Assembly (NCBI GenBank): GCA_040905385.1
Contig: JBBDRP010000002.1
Span: 395,526 to 459,525 of the forward strand
DNA from: Minisyncoccota bacterium
GTDB lineage: Bacteria > Patescibacteriota > Minisyncoccia > Phycocordibacterales > SW-6-46-9
Reading direction: 5' to 3'
Length of the DNA stretch: 64,000 nucleotides
Shown: one piece after another, positions 9,316 through 18,447 of the stretch
Position numbering within the stretch: position 1 is the first letter of the stretch
Layout: every line of letters starts with the position of its first letter
Translations under genes and position numbers: made by a program
The notes under the pieces: generated by a model
The model's database searches: none
What the model saw: only the letters and a program-made list of their open reading frames with translations
Told to the model about the DNA's origin: nothing

Positions 9316-10440
9316 ATGCTACCTAACTACATACAAAATATAGAAGATAAAGAAAACACGCACGTCTTCGTGGCAATGAGCGGCGGGGTGGACTCGTCTG
9401 TAGCCGCTTACCTCTTGAAGGAAGCTGGCTTTCAGGTGACTGGCTGTTTTATGACGGTCTGGCAGCCACCATTTCTTGACTGCTCGATGGAGAGCGAGCG
9501 ACAGGATGCGATGCGCGTGGCTGCTGAGCTCGAGATTGACTTTCAGACGGTGGATCTGGCTGAGGAGTACAAGACTCGTGTGGTCGACTACATGATTGCC
9601 GAGTACAAGGCGGGGCGGACACCTAACCCAGATGTGATGTGCAACGGTGAGATTAAATTTGGTGCTTTTTTTGACTGGGCGATGGATGAGGGAGCAGACT
9701 ATGTGGCGACTGGACATTATGCGCGGCTTCGCAAGTCGAAAGTAGAAAGTGGAAAGTCAAAGGTTGAATTACTAGCCGGAGTTGATGAGAAAAAGGATCA
9801 GACGTACTTTCTGTGGCAGGTACCAACCGATCGACTAGAAAAAACGATGTTTCCCATCGGTCATCTAGAGAAGTCACAAGTACGCGAAATCGCGACCGAA
9901 GCTCAGCTGCCAGTGGCAGACAAAAAAGACAGCCAGGGTCTGTGCTTTCTTGGCCAAGTTGACATGCCGACATTCCTCGCCGAGTTCACCGACCTGAAAC
10001 CCGGAGACGTGCTTAATGAAGCCGGCGAGGTCATCGGTACCCATGATGGGGCGGTGGTCTATACCATCGGCCAGCGACATGGTTTTAATATCCAGAAAAA
10101 GATGCCAGACAGTGGTCCGTGGTATGTCACCGACAAAGATACCGAAGCTAATACCATTACCGTCACCGAGGACAATACCATCGGTGGCGCCACCTTCAAC
10201 TGTCGTGAGATGAAGCTTACAAAGACAAACTGGATCAACGGCCAGCCCGAGGGTCGGCTGCAGGCACGAATCCGCTATAATCAAACGTTGCAGCCGTGTG
10301 AAGTTATGGAGAAGGACGGAGAAGTCGTTGTCACCTTTGATGAACCACTGCGGGCAGTGGCTGTGGGGCAGTCGTGTGTGGTTTATGATGGAGAGCACTG
10401 TCTGGGGGGAGGAATCATTGACATAATAAATATAGTGTAG
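9316..10440 (+). CDS. mnmA: tRNA 2-thiouridylase
   Basis: AMSGGVDSS, TPNPDVMCN, ATGHY, KDQTYFL, DSQGLCF. Confidence 0.97.
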   Translation: MLPNYIQNIEDKENTHVFVAMSGGVDSSVAAYLLKEAGFQVTGCFMTVWQPPFLDCSMESERQDAMRVAAELEIDFQTVDLAEEYKTRVVDYMIAEYKAGRTPNPDVMCNGEIKFGAFFDWAMDEGADYVATGHYARLRKSKVESGKSKVELLAGVDEKKDQTYFLWQVPTDRLEKTMFPIGHLEKSQVREIATEAQLPVADKKDSQGLCFLGQVDMPTFLAEFTDLKPGDVLNEAGEVIGTHDGAVVYTIGQRHGFNIQKKMPDSGPWYVTDKDTEANTITVTEDNTIGGATFNCREMKLTKTNWINGQPEGRLQARIRYNQTLQPCEVMEKDGEVVVTFDEPLRAVAVGQSCVVYDGEHCLGGGIIDIINIV

Positions 10441-10495
10441 TAATATTATTTTATAGCATTCTTTAAATAAAACAATAAGAAACGGAGGAACTACT

Positions 10496-11113
10496 ATGAA
10501 GAAAGTTATTTTCTTCTTAACACTCATTGTCACTGCAGCTACTGCTCCAGAGGCAACGGCACAGAGAGTTTTTAATTTCGAGTACGTCACGATGGGGAGT
10601 GGTGAAAGTGTAGTGGCTGATGGCATGTACTTCACAGCCACTGCATCACATGGTAATAATCTCTTAACCGCAGCTTTTACGCCAATAAGTGCAGAAGCCA
10701 GGTATCTAAGTAGTGATGTATTTGGAATCAACGGCCTCTATCTTGGCCCGTCAGGTGGCTTCATGAAAGGAGTTCCGTGGTTTGGTCCAATTGCAACGTA
10801 TTCGCCGATATCAGCGATAAGCTTGACCGCCTGGACTGGTGTCTCAGCTGGGGATGCTGCTCTCGGTGTTTTTGATCTAAAAAATCCAGAAATGGCTTTT
10901 CTGCAGCTAGATGCGATGATAAATTTTACAGAGAATCTTTATGTAGGGTTTAGTTATCTTGAATTTTCTGGTGACCATTATCTGCCATATGCTGGCGGTG
11001 AAATGTCATTAGGTAGTGCGATGGCAATCTTTGGTTCAATTACGCTTCCTGTGAAAGACGGTAAATTCGATGATCCCATGTTCTTTCTAGGCTTTCGTTT
11101 GGGATTTAATTAA
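10496..11113 (+). CDS. secreted protein, probable outer-membrane beta-barrel
   Basis: signal peptide ending ATA-Q, alternating amphipathic strands, C-terminus FFLGFRLGFN; SD GGAGG. Confidence 0.6.
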   Translation: MKKVIFFLTLIVTAATAPEATAQRVFNFEYVTMGSGESVVADGMYFTATASHGNNLLTAAFTPISAEARYLSSDVFGINGLYLGPSGGFMKGVPWFGPIATYSPISAISLTAWTGVSAGDAALGVFDLKNPEMAFLQLDAMINFTENLYVGFSYLEFSGDHYLPYAGGEMSLGSAMAIFGSITLPVKDGKFDDPMFFLGFRLGFN

Positions 11114-11124
11114 TTTTTTTTAAC

Positions 11125-11159
11125 AAAGACACCTTGGCTTCACAGCTCTGGTGTCTTTT
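11125..11159 (+). terminator. intrinsic terminator
   Basis: AAAGACACC...GGTGTCTTTT. Confidence 0.75.
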
Positions 11160-11249
11160 CATCTATATGTGGTGTATGCAGATAAAATGTACTTTTAACT
11201 TTACAGACCTTTGACTTTAGACTCTTTGTTCGTGATACAATTTATCTAT

Positions 11250-12089
11250 ATGAGTAAACGAATTATTGTTGAAAAGTATGACGGTACTAAGGAGCCGTTT
11301 GATGCAGAAAAGCTGCGCGAGTCGCTTGAGGAGTCTCAGACTCCGGAAGATCTGATTGATGATATTATTGCTACGATCGAGGCTGAGGTGGATGAGCAGA
11401 CGACGACGAAGGTTATCTACACACGAGCTTTCGATCTTCTGAAGGAGAAACGCCATTCGTACGCTGCCCGGTACTCATTACGTCAGGCATTAGCGGATCT
11501 AGGACCGACCGGGTATCCGTTCGAGCAGTTTGTAGCGCACATTTTTGAGGCCCAGGGATTTAAAACGACTGTTGGAGAGGTAATGCAGGGCTCATGCACG
11601 ACACATGAGATTGATGTAGTAGCAGAAAATGATGAGAAGCTGATTCTGGTAGAGGCAAAATTTCACAATGATCGGACAATTAAATCAGCACTGCAAACAG
11701 CCCTTTATGTTAGGGCTCGGTTTGATGATCTGCAGGATAACCATCATGACAAGTTTAAGGATGACGGAAAAAAGATTGAGCGCTGGCTGGTTACAAACAC
11801 AAAGTTCTCCAAGCAGGCTATTGAGTACGGCGAGTGTGCTGGTCTGCATATGGTTGGTTGGGGGCATCCAAAGCGGGGAAATCTAGAACATCTCATCACC
11901 GAGGCTGATCTACAGCCAGTCACCGCCCTAACAACACTATCTAATAGTCATAAGAGAGATCTTACGAAGCGAGGATTAGTTCTTTGTAAGAATATGCGTA
12001 ACGAGACGGACAAGCTTAAAGAGTTAGGTTTCAGTGATGAAAAAATTAAGGAGGTGTTGAATGAGGTCAATCATCTTTGTCAGTTATAA
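11250..12089 (+). CDS. ATP-cone domain + Mrr-like restriction endonuclease domain protein
   Basis: IIVEKYDGTKEPFDAEKL (ATP cone); FEQFVAHIF..HEIDVVA..LVEAKFH; leaderless ATG after TGnTACAAT. Confidence 0.8.
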   Translation: MSKRIIVEKYDGTKEPFDAEKLRESLEESQTPEDLIDDIIATIEAEVDEQTTTKVIYTRAFDLLKEKRHSYAARYSLRQALADLGPTGYPFEQFVAHIFEAQGFKTTVGEVMQGSCTTHEIDVVAENDEKLILVEAKFHNDRTIKSALQTALYVRARFDDLQDNHHDKFKDDGKKIERWLVTNTKFSKQAIEYGECAGLHMVGWGHPKRGNLEHLITEADLQPVTALTTLSNSHKRDLTKRGLVLCKNMRNETDKLKELGFSDEKIKEVLNEVNHLCQL

Positions 12090-12230
12090 TTGATTTATCA
12101 TTCATGGTATTGAATCGGTCACAGGTATACTAAAGTTGAACTATTTTTCACTTTTCACCCGGGCATAAAATCGTAGATTTCATTTTTGCGAAGAAAAATG
12201 TTTAACCGGGTAAACTTTTAACTAATTATC

Positions 12231-13025
12231 ATGTCTCAGTATTATCGCGTTCCGCGCACAAAATATAAGTTTAATCCCGAAAAGCCAGAGAGCTTCGAGC
12301 TTAGTCGGTCCAAAATTGATCTGTTTGTTGAGTGTCCACGTTGTTTTTATGTTGATATGCGGCTGGGAGTAAAGCGTGTTCCAGGTTATCCATTTACGCT
12401 AAACAATGCCGTTGATGAGCTAATGAAGCGTGAGTTTGATGAGTACCGAAAGGATGGCAAGACGCACCCTATCATGGAGGAGTATGGAATTGATGCGGTT
12501 CCATTTCAGCATGATGACCTTGAGGACTGGCGGCATCCGTTTACTGGTATTCGACGTAAACATGAAGCGACTGGATTTACTGTCTACGGTGCACCGGATG
12601 ACATCTGGAAGAATCCAGAAGGCCGGCTGGCGGTCGTGGATTACAAGGCCACTTCCAAGCAGGAGAAACTGAGCTTATCGGCCGACTGGCAGGGTGCCTG
12701 GAAGCGGCAGATGGAGGTGTACCAGTGGCTCTTGCGGGGGCAGGACTTTGATGTATCCGATCGCGGTTACTTTGTGTATGCAAACGCGGACAAGTCGCTG
12801 GCAGGGCTAAACGGATCGCTGCAGTTTGATCTGCAGATTCTGCCGTACGATGGCAGTGATGACTGGATTGATGAGACAATAGTTGCTATTGAGGAATGCT
12901 TGATGAGTGACGAGGTTCCACCGGCTGATGCCGAGTGTGACTACTGCACGTATCGAGAGGTCGCCAGCGAAGTCATCCAGAAAGCGGTTGAGGATGAGAA
13001 GCCGGATCAGGAGCTTCCATTTTAA
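12231..13025 (+). CDS. PD-(D/E)XK nuclease superfamily protein (RecB/AddB-like)
   Basis: LSRSKIDLFVECPRCFY, GAPDD, VVDYKAT, QMEVY, CDYC. Confidence 0.8.
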   Translation: MSQYYRVPRTKYKFNPEKPESFELSRSKIDLFVECPRCFYVDMRLGVKRVPGYPFTLNNAVDELMKREFDEYRKDGKTHPIMEEYGIDAVPFQHDDLEDWRHPFTGIRRKHEATGFTVYGAPDDIWKNPEGRLAVVDYKATSKQEKLSLSADWQGAWKRQMEVYQWLLRGQDFDVSDRGYFVYANADKSLAGLNGSLQFDLQILPYDGSDDWIDETIVAIEECLMSDEVPPADAECDYCTYREVASEVIQKAVEDEKPDQELPF

Positions 13026-13027
13026 GT

Positions 13028-13288
13028 ATGTCTACAACGTTTTCAGATGCAGTTCTGGAATATGTTGCCAAAATACCAGCCGGTGAGGTGCGAACCTACG
13101 CCGAGGTCGCGGCGGCCTGCGCATCTCCGTTAGCATCACGAGCGGTAGGGTCGATTATGGCTAAAAATTTTAATCCTCAGGTTCCATGTCACCGGGTGAT
13201 TCGATCCGACGGTACGGTCGGAGACTATAATCGCGGTGGATCAGCGGCCAAGCGGAAGATTTTAGAGCGCGAAGGTGTTATGCTTTAG
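13028..13288 (+). CDS. single-domain O6-alkylguanine alkyltransferase (MGMT family)
   Basis: IPAGEVRTYAEVA, RAVG, VPCHRVI. Confidence 0.9.
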   Translation: MSTTFSDAVLEYVAKIPAGEVRTYAEVAAACASPLASRAVGSIMAKNFNPQVPCHRVIRSDGTVGDYNRGGSAAKRKILEREGVML

Positions 13289-13391
13289 GCGTCCAGGAAT
13301 CTAGGCTTTAGGCCTTTAGTAATTCAATTTCATAGACTTTAAGCCTAGTAACCTAAATTCCTAGCAACCTAACTTCCTAGTAACCTAGACC

Positions 13392-14039
13392 ATGAATACT
13401 ACTGATATTTTTGCCGACAACTGGAAATCACACAATGACCTCGTCGATCGTCTTAAAGATGAGACGGGGGTACTGGAGACGCCGCGTATAGAGAGAGCCT
13501 TCAGAGAGATAGACCGCCGTGACTTTGTGCGTGATATGTATGATGTCGAGGCTTATGAAGACTATCCTATTCCGATTGGACAGGAGCAGACGATTTCGCA
13601 ACCTACGACGGTGGTCTACATGCTTGAGCTACTGTCACCACAAGAAGGTGATACGATTCTTGATGTTGGCTGTGGTTCTGGCTGGACGACAGCGCTGCTT
13701 GGAGAGATTGTTGGTCGACATGGTCGAGTGGTGGGCATGGAGATAATCGAGGAGCTGGCTGAATTTGGACAGAAGAATCTGGCTCGTTACGAGCTTCCGC
13801 AAGCTGAGATTCGTCATGGCAATCCACTCAAGGAAAAGCAGCCAGAAGCGCCGTTTTCGCGTATTCTGGTCTCGGCCGGAACTAATCATGTACCGAAAGC
13901 CTTAACCGACCAGCTGGCTGTAGGTGGAGTGATGGTGATTCCGATTGATGAGTCATTAGTGCAAGTTAAAAAGAAGTCTGATGATGAGCTGCTCCAGAAG
14001 GAGGTACCAGGCTTTGTTTTTGTACCGCTTCAGGAGTAA
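13392..14039 (+). CDS. pcm: protein-L-isoaspartate O-methyltransferase
   Basis: AYEDYPIPIG.EQTISQP, LDVGCGSGW, FVFVPL. Confidence 0.93.
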   Translation: MNTTDIFADNWKSHNDLVDRLKDETGVLETPRIERAFREIDRRDFVRDMYDVEAYEDYPIPIGQEQTISQPTTVVYMLELLSPQEGDTILDVGCGSGWTTALLGEIVGRHGRVVGMEIIEELAEFGQKNLARYELPQAEIRHGNPLKEKQPEAPFSRILVSAGTNHVPKALTDQLAVGGVMVIPIDESLVQVKKKSDDELLQKEVPGFVFVPLQE

Positions 14040-14044
14040 AGATT

Positions 14045-14722
14045 ATGAGCAACAAAGATAAAACTGCGGCATTAGAGGCGCTAAAGGACGAGGTGGTTGC
14101 CTTGGAAGCGTCGCCGCTGTATACGTACCGTCAGGAGCACGGTTATCTACCGGTGCTGGGTGAGGGAAGTCACGATGCTGATATTATGTTCATCGGTGAG
14201 GCTCCCGGAGAGAGCGAGGCCAAGACCGGTCGGCCATTTTGCGGACGAAGTGGGAAGCTTCTGGATGAGTTTTTGGAGCATATTAATCTTGATCGTGCGG
14301 ATGTGTACATCACCAATGTGCTGAAGGATCGCCCGCCAGAGAATCGTGATCCGCAAACGGACGAGATTGAGATTTATACGCCTTTTTTACGCCGGCAGAT
14401 CTCAATCATCCAGCCGAAGGTGATTGCTACGCTAGGTCGTTTCTCGATGGAGTTTATTGCCGATGAGTACGGTATCGAGCTGGATGGTACGATTACCCAG
14501 GTACGGGGTAAGATTTACGAGATAGACCCCGGTACCACGTCGTCTGACCCCGTAGAGGAATCAGAAAATTCCCACGAGGCAGGTGACGACGGCTACGGGG
14601 CAGGGGAGGATGGCCAGACGATTACCTTTATCCCGCTGTTTCATCCGGCCGTAGCGTTGTATGATGGTTCCAAGCGCGATGTGCTGAAGGAGGATTTTGA
14701 AACATTGGCCGACTTCACATAA
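14045..14722 (+). CDS. uracil-DNA glycosylase, family 4
   Basis: FIGEAPG, GRPFCGRSGKLLD, YITNVLKDRPPENRDP, LFHPA; N-terminal Fe-S cysteines absent. Confidence 0.9.
   Translation: MSNKDKTAALEALKDEVVALEASPLYTYRQEHGYLPVLGEGSHDADIMFIGEAPGESEAKTGRPFCGRSGKLLDEFLEHINLDRADVYITNVLKDRPPENRDPQTDEIEIYTPFLRRQISIIQPKVIATLGRFSMEFIADEYGIELDGTITQVRGKIYEIDPGTTSSDPVEESENSHEAGDDGYGAGEDGQTITFIPLFHPAVALYDGSKRDVLKEDFETLADFT
14543..14583 (+). repeat. 41-bp palindromic repeat in frame in UDG, nested in a related outer repeat
   Basis: matches 6543-6583; flanked by GACCCCGGTACC...GGCTACGGGGCAGG. Confidence 0.9.
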
Positions 14723-14911
14723 ACGCTATAATAAATTGGGTGTGAAAAGCAAATACATCCAACGACTTGAATGAGCACCCGAAATCTTTTTTTTCTTGCT
14801 TGCAAGACAAAAGAACGGTTGTGTGAATTTATGTCCGAATATTGCATGTAATATTCCTGGACCAAGTCGGCACAGTTTTTAGTAAATAACTTGTCTTAAT
14901 AGATAAATTTT

Positions 14912-16699
14912 ATGAATACAAATGAGATTAAAACCAAGTGGGACCTGTCACTTTTTTATGAAGACGACTCGTCTAATAATGAGGCAGGAGATCCGTCTGA
15001 GGCAATTCAGGCTGATGTGGCATCGGCCAGAGAGGCGTACGAAGGATTTGCCGACACGTACCGAGCGGATGAGTCATACCTAGAAGACCCAAAGGCACTA
15101 AAGGGGGCACTAGAGGAGCTGGAGTACCTGGGCGGAAAAAAGAACCTGTCTCGACCACTCTACTATTTGGCGTACCGACGTAGTCTTAATTCAGCCGATC
15201 AAGAGGCCGAGGCAATGGAGAACAAGCTGTCGCAGGAGTATACCAAGCTCGGCAATCTTCTGACCTTTTTCGATCTCAAACTGGGGAAGGTATCTAAAGC
15301 GAAGCAGCAGGAGTTTCTGGCTTCTGAGGAGCTGGCCCATTATCGCAAGTATCTCCAGTGGTTTTTCAAGACAGCTCAGTACCAGCTGGATGAATCAACC
15401 GAGAATACCCTGTCACTAACAAGTCTCCCACGATTTGGAATGTGGGTAGATGGGGTGCAGAAGGTGCTGAGTCAGAAGACGGTGGAGTGGAAAGGTGAAG
15501 AGCTGCCACTGCCGGAGGCGATGAACAAGATTCAGGATTTGATCACTGACGATCGCCGGAAGCTACACAACCTCTGCATAGAGAAGGTCAAGGAAGTAAA
15601 GGAGTTTTCCGAAAGTGAGATTAATGCGGTGGTGACCAACAAGAAAATTGTCGATGAGATGCGGGGTTACGAAAGCCCGTATCAGGCCACGGTGCTTGGC
15701 TATGAAAATACACCAGAAGAGGTGGAGACGCTGGTAAATACTGTTACCGATAATTTTGATGTTGCTCATGATTTTTATGATATCAAGGCGGAGATACTGG
15801 ATGTCGATAAGCTTTCTTATGCTGATCGGCAGGCATCGGTTGGGAATATGGATCGAGAGTTTGATTATCAAAGAAGCGTAGAGCTGGCACATGAAGCCAT
15901 TAGTGGAATGGATGCAGATTTCGCTGCTGTATTTGAACGGCTTGTCACCGGAGGGCAGGTGGATGTGTATCCAAAGAAGGGCAAGCAGGGTGGTGCCTTT
16001 TGTTCCGGAGCTCAGTATCTACCAACTCTGCTTTTTTTGAACCATGTTGATAATTACGACTCACTTAAGACGTTTGTTCATGAGATGGGACATGCTATTC
16101 ATACTGAAATGTCTAAGGAGCGAACTCCGCTATATCAAGAATATACAACCTCCACGGCCGAGACAGCTAGTACATTGTTCGAGAAGGTCTTCTTTAATTA
16201 TTTGTACCCGCAGCTAACAGATGAAGAGAAGGTGATTGCCCTTCATGACAAGATTAACGGCAAGGTATCGACTATTTTCCGTCAGGTTGCCTGCTTTAAC
16301 TTTGAAAAGGATTTACATGAAGGCATTCGTGAGAAAGGAAGCCTACCACATACGGAGATTGCCAAGCTGATGAATCGGCATATGCAGGCGTATCTCGGTG
16401 ATCGGTTTGAGCTTACCGACGATGATGGTTACTTCTTCATCAGCTGGCCGCATATTCGTAACTCATTCTACGTATACAGCTACGCGTACGGAGATCTTGT
16501 TAGTAGTGCAATGATGGAAAAGCTGGATGATGATCCTGACTACACCCAGGAGATCAAGCAGTTCCTGTTGGCTGGAAGCTCGAAAAGCCCGCAGGAGATC
16601 TTTGCAGATATTGGTATCGACACCACAACACCGGAAGTCTTCGAGACCGGCATTCAGGCCGTGCGAGACGATATCGAGGAATTAAGAAAGCTTATCTAG
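14912..16699 (+). CDS. pepF: M3B oligoendopeptidase F
   Basis: WDLS, KGKQGGAFC, HEMGH, AETAS, FYVYSYAYG. Confidence 0.9.
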   Translation: MNTNEIKTKWDLSLFYEDDSSNNEAGDPSEAIQADVASAREAYEGFADTYRADESYLEDPKALKGALEELEYLGGKKNLSRPLYYLAYRRSLNSADQEAEAMENKLSQEYTKLGNLLTFFDLKLGKVSKAKQQEFLASEELAHYRKYLQWFFKTAQYQLDESTENTLSLTSLPRFGMWVDGVQKVLSQKTVEWKGEELPLPEAMNKIQDLITDDRRKLHNLCIEKVKEVKEFSESEINAVVTNKKIVDEMRGYESPYQATVLGYENTPEEVETLVNTVTDNFDVAHDFYDIKAEILDVDKLSYADRQASVGNMDREFDYQRSVELAHEAISGMDADFAAVFERLVTGGQVDVYPKKGKQGGAFCSGAQYLPTLLFLNHVDNYDSLKTFVHEMGHAIHTEMSKERTPLYQEYTTSTAETASTLFEKVFFNYLYPQLTDEEKVIALHDKINGKVSTIFRQVACFNFEKDLHEGIREKGSLPHTEIAKLMNRHMQAYLGDRFELTDDDGYFFISWPHIRNSFYVYSYAYGDLVSSAMMEKLDDDPDYTQEIKQFLLAGSSKSPQEIFADIGIDTTTPEVFETGIQAVRDDIEELRKLI

Positions 16700-16700
16700 T

Positions 16701-17270
16701 ATGAGATTCGCGATACAAGGTGGACCGGGGAGCTTTTCGGCCGAGGCCGGTGGTCGCTATGCAGATGACAATGACCTGACGCTGGAGCTTGATTACCGCT
16801 ACACCAGCGAAAATGTTCTTACGGCGGTTGAGGAAGGCTCGGTAGAGCAGGGGCTGATAGCGATTGAGAACGCCACCGGTGGCGTAGTGTATGAATCAAT
16901 CGAGGCGCTGGCCGAGCATCGCTGCCGGATTCTACACTTCCTGAATATCTTGGTGGTGCATGCGCTGCTTGTTCGGCCCGGTACTTCGATAGATACCATT
17001 GAATGCATCATCTCGCATCCACAGGCACTTAAGCAGTGTGAGGATACGCTAGCCACACGATTCGCCGATATTCCTACCGAGGTAGGGAAGGGTGAGGCGG
17101 TCGATCAGGCTACGGCTGCCAAGCAGCTGGCTGAGGGGAAACTGCCGGCAACAACGGCGGTGCTGGCCTCTCGTGTCTGCGCTGATCTGTATAATCTAGA
17201 GATCGTTGCCGAGAACCTACAGGATATCGAGGAAAACTATACGACGTTTTTGGTAGTCGAAAGTCTATAA
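16701..17270 (+). CDS. prephenate dehydratase catalytic domain only (no ACT domain)
   Basis: IQGGPGSFS, IENATGG, SHPQALKQC, NYTTFLVV. Confidence 0.8.
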   Translation: MRFAIQGGPGSFSAEAGGRYADDNDLTLELDYRYTSENVLTAVEEGSVEQGLIAIENATGGVVYESIEALAEHRCRILHFLNILVVHALLVRPGTSIDTIECIISHPQALKQCEDTLATRFADIPTEVGKGEAVDQATAAKQLAEGKLPATTAVLASRVCADLYNLEIVAENLQDIEENYTTFLVVESL

Positions 17271-17362
17271 AGTAGAAAGTCAAAAGTTGAGTGAGTGAAA
17301 CGAAGGAAATCCAGCCCTAGCGTGCTGGGGCTGGATAAATGGGGAAATTTAAGGTGAGTTAC

Positions 17363-17401
17363 TTTACAATACTGTATTTATTGTGTATTATAATAATCAG
17401 A
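17363..17401 (+). promoter_or_regulatory. sigma70-type promoter, CAGA class
   Basis: TTTACA-N17-TATTAT-N6-CAGA. Confidence 0.7.
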
Positions 17402-17456
17402 AGCACCAAAGTTACTTAAACAATAATCCAAACTAATCAAACCAGAGAGGTTTGTT

Positions 17457-17693
17457 ATGAAAATAGAAAAAGAATTATCATTAGCCAAGACATATAGAGC
17501 AATATTCCTGATACTCTTTGTTGTCTCTGCTATCTTTGCAATTTTTGTTTTTAGTATAGAAGGTGTAAACAGTGAGTTTTTTTTGGGGCCTTTTGCACTG
17601 AGTATCCTTACGGGTTTTATGATTAAATTTATGAGTAGAGTCGTATCGGATGTAAAAAAAAGAATGAAAGCAAAAAGTACGGAAAATGCTTAA
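17457..17693 (+). CDS. orphan 2-TM small protein
   Basis: SD GAGGT; terminator at 17704-17739. Confidence 0.7.
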   Translation: MKIEKELSLAKTYRAIFLILFVVSAIFAIFVFSIEGVNSEFFLGPFALSILTGFMIKFMSRVVSDVKKRMKAKSTENA

Positions 17694-17812
17694 ATCTATT
17701 TTTGATCCCGTTGTCTATCTAGGCAGCGGGATTTCTTTTATGTACGTGCTGTTACCCCCCCTAGCTAATAGTATTTAGCTAATGGGAACATCCGATGTTC
17801 ACATTATGTACT

Positions 17813-18070
17813 TGACTACCAAGTGAAGTGAGCGACATGCAAGCTTGCTTGCATGTCCGAACGGAGCGATGGGAGGCAGGAACCTGCTCACCAAGCGGAG
17901 TGAGTAGAATGAACGCTTGCATTTATTCTCGAGCGAAGTGCCGGCAGACAAACAGATAACTATCTTCTGAGTCAAACTCAGAAGATAGGAGAGTTTTAAA
18001 CTCTTCTTGGTTTATATCTGTTATCTGTTTGACAACACTTATAAAGTTATCTACTATATATAGCAGAAAC
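17813..18070 (+). repeat. promoter-linked structured element, copy 2
   Basis: homologous to 2056-2309; ends in TTGACA(18029)-N17-TACTAT-N6-CAGA. Confidence 0.85.
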
Positions 18071-18122
18071 ACATAGTTCTATTAAATAAAAATCGAAATA
18101 AACCAAACCTTAGGAGGTTTGT

Positions 18123-18410
18123 ATGGAATTGTTACTCGCACTAATTGCTATAGGAGTTATTGGAACTCTTTTGAGTTTATTCTATGGCGACAATCTGATT
18201 GTTTTTCTGCTTCTAATAATCACTACAGCTGTATCTATGGCTATTTACTCAGTTTATGGTCTAGGGGGTCTGGAGAGCTATCTCGGTATAGCTTTATACT
18301 TTGGGTCATTTATCTGGGCTATTGGCGCATTTGGGCTTTATGTGTGGCAGGTAAGACGAGGGAATGCTGAAGAAGAGAAGGAGGTGGAAGAAACACCAAA
18401 GTTCTATTAA
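18123..18410 (+). CDS. orphan ~3-TM membrane protein
   Basis: SD TAGGAGGT. Confidence 0.7.
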   Translation: MELLLALIAIGVIGTLLSLFYGDNLIVFLLLIITTAVSMAIYSVYGLGGLESYLGIALYFGSFIWAIGAFGLYVWQVRRGNAEEEKEVEETPKFY

Positions 18411-18447
18411 ATTAAAATCGAAACAAGTAAACCTTAGGAGGTTTGTT

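Noticed and set aside
9874-10731. 285-aa antisense ORF and other long shadow ORFs (e.g. 28944-29621)
   Set aside because: Antisense to well-supported genes and explained by codon bias.
12231-13025. Cas4/CRISPR interpretation of the Cys-containing PD-(D/E)XK nuclease
   Set aside because: No cas genes and no repeat-spacer array anywhere in the window.
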